From positions 129,104 through 193,103 of the forward strand of contig JAVBJQ010000001.1 of the NCBI GenBank assembly GCA_031546905.1: 64,000 nt of DNA, in the 5' to 3' direction. Shown one piece after another: positions 56,639 to 64,000 of the stretch. The translations under genes and the position numbers were made by a program. Numbering within the stretch: position 1 is the stretch's first letter; every line of letters starts with the position of its first letter. The notes under the pieces were generated by a model, which was not told the origin of the DNA, searched no databases, and saw nothing but the letters and a program-made list of their open reading frames with translations. The stretch is from Eubacteriales bacterium (GTDB lineage: Bacteria; Bacillota; Clostridia; Lachnospirales; JAVBJQ01).

Positions 56639-57745
56639 ATGAAAAAATGGATGAAAAAATTAGGTTTGGTTTTGACATTTACAATAGGGTTAAATTGTAT
56701 GAATGTTTTTGGGGCAACAACAAAAAAAGAGGTAGTGGAACTTCCTGCCTTAACGATTGATGATGCCACTCAGTTTGCCATTGAAAATAGTTCAGACCTT
56801 GTCAATTTAGACCAAAATAATGATATTAATGAGAAATCAAGAAATGATGCAGCCAGTAACCTGACGGCATCTGTTCCAGATGCAGGAGATGTGCTGGTGA
56901 CCTCTTCAACGAATTTGTCCAATTTATCAAAAATTGTTCAATTAGATATACAACTGGCATCCTACCAATCAGACGTTAAAACCCAAAAAACGTCTATCCA
57001 ATATTCTATTAAACGGTTATTTGGTGGCATTATTTCTGCTGAAAATGATTTGAAGCTTTTTGATGAGTCACTTGCCATTGCAAAAAAACAATTAGAAATT
57101 TCACAACTTAAAAATAAATTAGGACTTATAAGCAACTCCGCGTTCAACACAGAAAAAGTGAACTACGATAAAAAAGTAAAAGAACGTGCTGAAAAGGCTA
57201 CCGCAATTGACAAATCGTATGTTTCTTTAAACAATATAATTGGAAAAGATGCAAATCAAAAATACAAACTTTCCTATGATCCTGAATATAAAAAAATGAA
57301 TGTAGAGGTTCAAACATTGGTAGGGCTTGCACTTGCTGAGAACCCTACGGTGCTTAAAAACAAAGGCAATATTCAATCAGCGGAATTTAATGTAAATGCC
57401 TACTCCTACACAGGTGGTACAGAGTCTTATGATACAAAGTCAGCAAAGCTAGACCAAGCTTATCGTGATTATTCTGATTCTCAAAAAAGCATTAGTGAGA
57501 AAGTTCGCAATGCCTACACCGACATTATGAATGCAGAGTCTCAATATGACAGAAATATAATGGAACTAAGCAAACTAGAAGGTGACTTGCCAATTAAACA
57601 AAAACAACTAGCATTGGGAAAAATAACAGAGCTTGATTTAAGAAACTACCAATACAGCATATCTACTTTAAAAAATACAATACAGTCACAAAAATTTGAC
57701 CACGAATTAAAAGTAATGCAAATTAAAAATTCATTTTTGTTATAA
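56639..57745 (+). CDS. TolC/OEP-family-like secreted protein (short, 368 aa)
   Basis: Signal peptide, then LTIDDATQFAIENSSDLVNLD... and repeated OEP-like coiled segments (..KLGLISNSAFNTEKVNYDKKV..; ..LGKITELDLRNYQYS..). Confidence 0.6.
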   Translation: MKKWMKKLGLVLTFTIGLNCMNVFGATTKKEVVELPALTIDDATQFAIENSSDLVNLDQNNDINEKSRNDAASNLTASVPDAGDVLVTSSTNLSNLSKIVQLDIQLASYQSDVKTQKTSIQYSIKRLFGGIISAENDLKLFDESLAIAKKQLEISQLKNKLGLISNSAFNTEKVNYDKKVKERAEKATAIDKSYVSLNNIIGKDANQKYKLSYDPEYKKMNVEVQTLVGLALAENPTVLKNKGNIQSAEFNVNAYSYTGGTESYDTKSAKLDQAYRDYSDSQKSISEKVRNAYTDIMNAESQYDRNIMELSKLEGDLPIKQKQLALGKITELDLRNYQYSISTLKNTIQSQKFDHELKVMQIKNSFLL

Positions 57746-57780
57746 GAAATAAAAAAATTCCATACGAGGCTTAATCCTAA

Positions 57781-57815
57781 AAAACTATCACGGAATGTTT
57801 GTGATAGTTTTTGTT
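57781..57815 (+). terminator. intrinsic terminator after the TolC-like gene
   Basis: AAAACTATCAC-ggaatgttt-GTGATAGTTTT followed by a T-run. Confidence 0.75.
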
Positions 57816-57875
57816 TTTTCTTTCAAGTTGTGGAGCGGTGGAGTATAATTAAAAAAAGCAAAGGAGAAATGAATT

Positions 57876-58439
57876 TTGAAAACTTTAATTTTAAATGGAT
57901 CTCCAAGAAAAAATGGGGACAGTATGGCGTTGATTTCTGAAATGAAAAATATACTAAAAGGTGAGGTGCAAATGATTTCACCGTATCATGACAATGTTAG
58001 TCCTTGTACAGATTGTAGATATTGCTGGGGCAATGCTGGTTGTTCCATTCAAGATGATATGCAAATTATTTATGACGGAATTGATACGTTTGACAATGTT
58101 ATTATTGCTTCCCCAGTATATAGTTCCAATGTGACAGGACAATTGATGAACCTTGCCAGTCGATTTCAAACATTTTATGCTGCAAGGCATTTTAGAAATG
58201 CCCCAATCAAACAAAAACAAAAAAATGGTGTGTTACTATTGGTTGGCGGTGGTGACGGGGCACCGGAAGATGCCGAACGTTCTGCTAGAAACATATTCAG
58301 ATATTTGAACACAAAGTGTATTGGCAATGTGTATTCGTTACATACCAACCAAATTCCAGCCAAAGAGGATCGGGGAGCCATGGAAAAAGCAAAAGAAATG
58401 GCACATCGTTTAAATGATATGTATTGTAAGATTTTATAG
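57876..58439 (+). CDS. flavodoxin-like NADPH-dependent FMN reductase-family (iron-sulfur flavoprotein-like) protein
   Basis: MKTLILNGSPRKNGDS opening, Cys motif CTDCRYCW..GC, and IIASPVY. TTG start. Confidence 0.7.
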   Translation: MKTLILNGSPRKNGDSMALISEMKNILKGEVQMISPYHDNVSPCTDCRYCWGNAGCSIQDDMQIIYDGIDTFDNVIIASPVYSSNVTGQLMNLASRFQTFYAARHFRNAPIKQKQKNGVLLLVGGGDGAPEDAERSARNIFRYLNTKCIGNVYSLHTNQIPAKEDRGAMEKAKEMAHRLNDMYCKIL

Positions 58440-58506
58440 TTGCCAAAACGCCACACAAATTTAACATAATTGTTATATATTACCCTATAAAAACCGAAAT
58501 ACAATA

Positions 58507-58515
58507 TGGTATAAT
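58507..58515 (+). promoter_or_regulatory. extended -10 promoter element upstream of the SLH operon
   Basis: TGGTATAAT (TGnTATAAT consensus), about 48 nt upstream of ATG 58563. No good -35 element. Confidence 0.45.
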
Positions 58516-58562
58516 ATGCAAAGTGAAATTATCATTTCATTTTTAAAAATTTGGAGGTTACT

Positions 58563-61505
58563 ATGAAAAAAGCATTGTCTATCATCATTACGCTGGTGAT
58601 AAGTCTATCTAGTGTTTTTCCAACGTTTGCATTAACGGATGAAAAGATACTGACGGACCCAATTACAAATATGTATACCGGTCGAACCGAGGCTCAAACG
58701 ATTATAAAAAATATTAATTTTAAAGATGTTCCTGCTACTTTTTGGGCAAGAGAAGCAATTACAAGAAGTGGCGCACTGAATATGGTCAAAGGGTTTAATA
58801 ATAATTACAATCCTTCGGGAACGGTTTCAAAAGAAGAAGCCATCGCTTTTTTAATGCGTGGAGTAGGGCTTGAAATTGCATCGCAACAGGCGGGCATTAC
58901 CGCCATGGCAGCGGCACCAGGTCAAACAGGACTTCAAAATATTTGGTCTCTTGGTTACTTGAACATGGCGTCTCAAATTGGTGTAATAACACCAGCAGAA
59001 TATACAGAGGCGTTAACGGCTACCCCTGTTAATTTTATAAGAACAGCCCCAGCAACAAGAGAAGAAGTTGCCGATTGGTTAGTGAAAGCCATTACATATA
59101 AAGATCCACAAAGTTTTATTTCAAGTGAAACCCAACAAAAAGTATATACATTTACTGATTGGAAACAAATTGATGTAACAAAAGTTTCGGCAGTGGAATC
59201 GATAAGCACCAATAAAATTATGACAGGTACCAATGGGTTATTTAAGCCAAAGGGCAATATTTCAAGAGCAGAAATGGCACAAGTTTTAAAAAATATGGAT
59301 TCTATTTATTTTAAAGCAATGGGAATCGAAAAAAAGATAGGAACAGTAGGCGTATTAAAAGACGCACAGCAAAACCAAACAGGTTCAGCATCTGCATGGA
59401 GAAATATTTATATCAGAACAGATGCAGGAACCATTGATGCAATCCAATACGAGTTACAAAGTAGTTCATCACCTCAAGCAAAAAATAAAGATGCGGTAGT
59501 TTATCTTAATGGAGCAGGAACGATTGGTGGATTAAACCTTCTGGAAGAAGGGCAACAAATAGAATATTTGGTGGATACAGCTACCTCAACCGTTTTGTAT
59601 GTTCAAATGGTAAAAGGTGTTTCAGAATATACATTACAAAGGTTGTTATATTCTTTTGACATAACGGACGGTCAAATCATCACAAAAGATGATACAGGAA
59701 AACAGTTTACGTACCCTGTAGTCAAAGGACTTTATGGAACCAACGGAACAAAAAGTTATTTGGTCATTGACCAAAAAGACAGGGATATGAAAAGCCTTCC
59801 CATCGGTAGTCGGGTAGAGTTAACCATTTTAAATGATGTGGTAAAAGAAATTAAATTTATTGGGCAAAAAGAAATTTACCCAGAAATAAGGGGTATTGTA
59901 GTAGAAAACAACAGTGAATTAGGTTACATTACCATCATTGACAACACAGGAGCAGAAGTAACCAAAAAATATTACAGCGATGACATGGTAGTAGAAAAAC
60001 AACCATATTACACAGAACAAGATGATATTGGCTACTTAAATCAAATGTTTCCTCATTTTCAATATGACCCCAGGTCAACGGTAATTTCTGAAGTGGAACC
60101 TGGGGATATTGTATTTATTTTGCCAGATTCAGAAGACCCAGAAGCAATTACAAGTATCAGTGCTTCAACCAATTACATCATGAAATATGGTAAAATAAAA
60201 CAATTCAAAGCAAATGGCAACGAAGGTCAAGTTTTAATTGAATATGAAGATAAAAGCACTGCATGGTTTGACGTACCCGATGGAATTTTTGTTTCAGAAG
60301 ATGGAAAGCCAAAAAAAGTGTCAGACATTCAAGCCGGAGATTGGGCAAAGCTTCTTGTGAATCAAGCAATTATAGAGCCAGGACACGTGATGCAGTCGGT
60401 AAAAGAAATCACCCTTGAAGGCAGCGAACATTTTATAAGCAACATTGTAAAAGGTCAATTAAATAGTATTAACCCAATACAGAACCAACTGATTCTCCAA
60501 AATGTTCAAACACTGTCAAAAACAGGATGGTCCAATTATACCCAATTAAAACAGTTTAGCCTCTCTGGAAAAGACGTTGAATACTATTACCAAGGAAAAA
60601 GAATTTCTCTTGATTATGCCAATAAGTTTTTAAAACGAAGTGATGGCGATGTGTATGTTGGGTTAGAAAATAGCTATGCGACAGAAAGAGTAAAAATAGT
60701 TACCTTTAGACAAGGTCGTGACGAGCTCCTTCCTTCTGATACGGTTTTAGATGCCAATGGCTCCGGAGCGTTTAGCATTATTACCAATAGCGGTGACATC
60801 AAAACAGACCAAGGAACCATTGTAAGAAGATATGGAAGGCTAGTAGATGGAAATAGTATTATGCCATCAGACTACGCAAGAGTAGCATTAAATGGTGAGA
60901 ATAATGCGGCAGTAGTTGACATTACAGATATGCCAGATATTTCAGGGGTTGTTATTTCAAGAGGTAGAATTGCCACTATTAATGACGATACCAGTTTTAA
61001 AATTCAATCCATGGCGACTTTGGCAGGAACAAGCTGGGCTTTTTCGCCAATCCAACGTGAATTTACAATAGATTATGATACAAAATATTTGGACAGTACA
61101 GGATTAACGGATCCTAAAAAGTTTATTACATACACCACAGATACCAAAGTGGATAAAGTGTATAACATTGTGGTAGACGGAACAAAAGCAACGTATGTTG
61201 TAGATTCACCATACACCACAAAATCAGTAAAAGGAACGATTTACGATATAACAGATACAACGGTTAGTATTAAAGATGCCTATGTTTATAATGAGACAAC
61301 AGGAAAGTGGACGCTGGTAAGCAATACAAATAGTACACTGGTGATTACAGTTCCTACTAATTCTATTATTGTGAAAAATAATAAAGTAGTCACAACCAGT
61401 GGATTGGTAAAAGGTGATAGCATTAGGGTAATGACAGATAAATTAGATGCAAAAGTATTACCAGCTACCAATATTACTGGCTACATTATATTGAACGAAA
61501 AATAA
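58563..61505 (+). CDS. large cell-wall protein with three N-terminal SLH domains
   Basis: Signal peptide, then SLH repeats (FKDVPATFWAREAI...SKEEAIAFLMR; ...TREEVADWLVKAI; FTDWKQID...ISRAEMAQVLKNM). About 700 aa of unassigned beta-rich sequence follow. Confidence 0.8.
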   Translation: MKKALSIIITLVISLSSVFPTFALTDEKILTDPITNMYTGRTEAQTIIKNINFKDVPATFWAREAITRSGALNMVKGFNNNYNPSGTVSKEEAIAFLMRGVGLEIASQQAGITAMAAAPGQTGLQNIWSLGYLNMASQIGVITPAEYTEALTATPVNFIRTAPATREEVADWLVKAITYKDPQSFISSETQQKVYTFTDWKQIDVTKVSAVESISTNKIMTGTNGLFKPKGNISRAEMAQVLKNMDSIYFKAMGIEKKIGTVGVLKDAQQNQTGSASAWRNIYIRTDAGTIDAIQYELQSSSSPQAKNKDAVVYLNGAGTIGGLNLLEEGQQIEYLVDTATSTVLYVQMVKGVSEYTLQRLLYSFDITDGQIITKDDTGKQFTYPVVKGLYGTNGTKSYLVIDQKDRDMKSLPIGSRVELTILNDVVKEIKFIGQKEIYPEIRGIVVENNSELGYITIIDNTGAEVTKKYYSDDMVVEKQPYYTEQDDIGYLNQMFPHFQYDPRSTVISEVEPGDIVFILPDSEDPEAITSISASTNYIMKYGKIKQFKANGNEGQVLIEYEDKSTAWFDVPDGIFVSEDGKPKKVSDIQAGDWAKLLVNQAIIEPGHVMQSVKEITLEGSEHFISNIVKGQLNSINPIQNQLILQNVQTLSKTGWSNYTQLKQFSLSGKDVEYYYQGKRISLDYANKFLKRSDGDVYVGLENSYATERVKIVTFRQGRDELLPSDTVLDANGSGAFSIITNSGDIKTDQGTIVRRYGRLVDGNSIMPSDYARVALNGENNAAVVDITDMPDISGVVISRGRIATINDDTSFKIQSMATLAGTSWAFSPIQREFTIDYDTKYLDSTGLTDPKKFITYTTDTKVDKVYNIVVDGTKATYVVDSPYTTKSVKGTIYDITDTTVSIKDAYVYNETTGKWTLVSNTNSTLVITVPTNSIIVKNNKVVTTSGLVKGDSIRVMTDKLDAKVLPATNITGYIILNEK

Positions 61506-61519
61506 TAAGGAGAATTAAC

Positions 61520-63067
61520 ATGAAAAAGCGTACAGGTGTTATGGGTTTTATCATGGCTTTGTGTTTTTTGTTTCCCGTTTCGGCTCATGCCGAAATGGGT
61601 GACATGGGCTATTTTGGTGGAATTTCAGAAGGCACAAGGCTTCCCAAAACCACAGAAACCATATTGGCAGCTTCTAAAACGTCTACCCAAAAAACAACCC
61701 AAAAAGATTTAGCATATAAAGAAACTGTATTTCTGGATGGCAACCCAGTTGTTTTTGAAGGAGTTTTAAGAGTCAAAACGTCAGCAATCCCAGCAGCTAC
61801 GGTGGGAACTTTTACAGAGAGCTATCAAGTGCTACCTAGTGCATCAACATCACCGGATGTTTCGATTAATCGGAACATCACGCTTACGGTGAATTATAGA
61901 AAAGAAGGCACACAAATTATAAAAGATTCAGAAATGAAAACATGGACAGAGACCATCGCAGTAAGAGGTACGACTTATACACTGGATAAAAGTCAATCCC
62001 ATTATGGTGTTAGTATTATTGAAGATATAACCCCAGGAGTAACTTATTACAAGGGAAATGTTTCTGAGAAAGCAGTTTACACCGGTGGAACGGGATCAAA
62101 TAAAAGAGTGCTTGAAACCAGCGGTTCTATTTATGGGTATAATAGCGCTTGGTCAAGTACAGAAACCCACAGAATAGATGCCCAGCTTTATGCTTCTGGT
62201 GATGCAACATGGCAAATGCAATACCAAATGCGTCCTTCGGTTTCTGTCAGTAAAAAACTTCAATATTCAAAAAATGAACCTACTGCTATTAGTTTTGACG
62301 GGAATTATTATGAAGTAATGAACAATCAAAGCGGGATGGAATACAACATTAATGTCCTACCAGCACAATTTTCATTAACAACGCCAAAAGAAGGGAAGAT
62401 GACAATTTCTTCTAACAATGCGTTTGAGCAATTGGTTGCACCGGATACTGCTTTCTTAAAAGGTAATTTTGCAGAACAAGATATAAAGAAATTGTTTAGT
62501 ATGCAAATTTTAAGCGGAGATCCTAAATTCTACAAACCAAATCAAGCCATTACAAGAGGCCAGTATGTAATGGCTTTGGCGAAGGCGATTAAACTGCCAG
62601 TTGAACTTCCAACAGCCAAAACTACATCAGGCTCTAAAAAAGCACCTATTAATATTATTTTCCCCGATGTTCAGCCAGACAGAGAAGAATACCCTTATAT
62701 CAATGCTTCTTATAAAGCGGGTCTTGCAGTTGGCCGTGACAACGGGCAATTTTACGTAGACTCTCCTATTGAAAGGCAAGAGGCGGTTGTCATTTTAATG
62801 AGGGCATTGGGACTTGCTAATTTAGGTCTTGACCCAACCCCCGTTACTACTTTTACAGACGATGATAAAGTTGCGGCTTGGGCAAAAAGAGAAGTGTACG
62901 CAGCCAATCGCATTGGTATTATTAGTGGTGACCAAAATGGAAACTTCCGTCCAAAAGATAATATTTCAAAAGCAGAGGCGGCTGCATTTATGAATAGAAT
63001 GTTGACGTATATGAGAGAAGATTTACAAATTGATTATACGGAGCACATTGTGCCATACGCTAATTAG
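61520..63067 (+). CDS. cell-wall protein with three C-terminal SLH domains
   Basis: Signal peptide (..FPVSAHA), an unassigned ~300-aa N-domain, then SLH repeats (LKGNFAEQDI...ITRGQYVMALAKAI; FPDVQPDREEY...IERQEAVVILMRAL; FTDDDKVAAWA...ISKAEAAAFMNRML). Confidence 0.8.
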   Translation: MKKRTGVMGFIMALCFLFPVSAHAEMGDMGYFGGISEGTRLPKTTETILAASKTSTQKTTQKDLAYKETVFLDGNPVVFEGVLRVKTSAIPAATVGTFTESYQVLPSASTSPDVSINRNITLTVNYRKEGTQIIKDSEMKTWTETIAVRGTTYTLDKSQSHYGVSIIEDITPGVTYYKGNVSEKAVYTGGTGSNKRVLETSGSIYGYNSAWSSTETHRIDAQLYASGDATWQMQYQMRPSVSVSKKLQYSKNEPTAISFDGNYYEVMNNQSGMEYNINVLPAQFSLTTPKEGKMTISSNNAFEQLVAPDTAFLKGNFAEQDIKKLFSMQILSGDPKFYKPNQAITRGQYVMALAKAIKLPVELPTAKTTSGSKKAPINIIFPDVQPDREEYPYINASYKAGLAVGRDNGQFYVDSPIERQEAVVILMRALGLANLGLDPTPVTTFTDDDKVAAWAKREVYAANRIGIISGDQNGNFRPKDNISKAEAAAFMNRMLTYMREDLQIDYTEHIVPYAN

Positions 63068-63192
63068 CGCATATTATTACTAACATTTTTATACATTGCT
63101 ATCATGAACATACACTGATTAAGGTAATGACGTTGATTATTACGCTTAACAGCGACACATAACATTATATTTTATTTCAGGAGGCTTTTTAG

Positions 63193-64000
63193 ATGAGAAT
63201 TTTAAAAAAGAATATAGTTGTTTTCATCATTACCTTTGTAATGATTTTTGGAGTAGCAACACCACCTCAAGTTTTTGCAGATGTACAGACGCCAAATGAG
63301 CAAAAGCAGAATCTAGCAGATGCCAATGAATTTATGTCTCAGTTGATGTCCTTTATATTAAATAATTATATGGGTGGAGATGTTACACTAGATTCTTTGG
63401 TTGAAGCCTCCGTAAAGGGGATGTTTGGTGCTCTGGACCAATACAGCGAATATTTATCTGCTGAGGACTATGGCAAATTTACAGATTCTCTTTCGGATAA
63501 TTATGTGGGAATTGGCATCGTAACAGCCACAAATGCAGATGGTCGTGCTTATATCAAAAAGATTTTTGAAAACTCTCCTGCTGAAAAAGCAGGATTAAAA
63601 GTAGATGATATTATTTTAAAAATTGATGATAAAGAAATAAATAGTACGGTAGCTGGTGACATAACCTCTTTTGTTCGAGGAGAGCAAGGAACCTCTGTCA
63701 AAATAGCCGTAAAAAGACAAAATGATACAAAGGAATTTACAGTAAATAGAGAAAAAATAAAAATAAGTAGCGTTGATGTAAGCCGGATTGATGAAGTTTT
63801 GAAAAAAACAAAAGGAGTAATCAATGCAGATATGCGATATATTTCCATTGCTTCTATTGATGATCGTGTTGCCGAAGATTTACAAAAGGAGCTTGATAAG
63901 GCAAAAGCAGAAGGTGTTACAAAGCTTATTGTTGACTTACGTGGCGACGGTGGTGGTTATGTAGATGAAGCCCTTGCTATTTGTAAAATGTTAGTTCCCA
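63193..64000 (+). CDS. S41-family C-terminal processing peptidase (partial, continues past window end)
   Basis: Signal peptide, PDZ segment (GIGIV...IKKIFENSPAEKAGLKVDDIILKIDD), then LIVDLRGDGGGY. AGGAGG RBS at 63179-63184. Confidence 0.85.
   Translation, partial: MRILKKNIVVFIITFVMIFGVATPPQVFADVQTPNEQKQNLADANEFMSQLMSFILNNYMGGDVTLDSLVEASVKGMFGALDQYSEYLSAEDYGKFTDSLSDNYVGIGIVTATNADGRAYIKKIFENSPAEKAGLKVDDIILKIDDKEINSTVAGDITSFVRGEQGTSVKIAVKRQNDTKEFTVNREKIKISSVDVSRIDEVLKKTKGVINADMRYISIASIDDRVAEDLQKELDKAKAEGVTKLIVDLRGDGGGYVDEALAICKMLVP

Noticed and set aside
1-64000. rRNA, tRNA, CRISPR arrays, IS elements or transposases, prophage modules, and known defense systems
   Set aside because: I saw no cloverleaf-like GC-rich segments, no regularly spaced direct repeats, no transposase- or capsid-like ORFs, and no restriction, Cas or abortive-infection signatures. 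The only recombinases are the two small tyrosine recombinases reported above.

Overview
AT-rich chromosomal segment from an endospore-forming, flagellated Firmicute, apparently Clostridia-like (spoIIP, yunB and gerM-like genes, SLH-domain wall proteins, the ylmE-sepF-ylmG-ylmH division cluster). Most of the window is ordinary housekeeping. It holds a truncated P-type cation ATPase behind a yybP-ykoY-type riboswitch, glmM, a uracil permease, deoB, an oppBCDFA peptide transporter, a class A PBP, a cell-wall amidase, rph, clpS-clpA, mutY, a PfkB kinase, rnhB followed by FliK-like and FlhB-C-like genes, yraN, pgeF, der-plsY-gpsA, a MacAB-like efflux set with a two-component system and a TolC-like gene, two SLH proteins and an S41 protease (truncated at the window end). 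The main accessory region is a ~5.5 kb insert between clpA and mutY (28362-33880). There a csrA-fliC-fliB flagellin operon on the minus strand is bracketed by two paralogous, same-sized (192 aa) catalytic-domain-only tyrosine recombinases on the plus strand. The outer borders carry a shared promoter-like or core-site-like GACGATAA motif followed by GGA-rich sequence. This is my best candidate for an undescribed system (recombinase-controlled or mobilisable flagellin cassette), but I found no convincing inverted repeats that would define an invertible switch. Other items worth a second look are a 99-aa bacterial stefin (type-1 cystatin) look-alike with an intact QVVAG motif, an internally deleted PhnB/VOC-type gene remnant, an unannotated 45-codon Cys-rich sORF, a family of GC-rich hairpin repeats at three gene ends, a structured terminator-like leader upstream of oppB, a 95-nt out-of-frame gene overlap in the efflux operon, and a ~800-bp low-coding region with a strong promoter and a broken small ORF. 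I saw no rRNA, tRNA, CRISPR array or transposase. All calls come from reading the sequence and translations by eye, and no database search was run.
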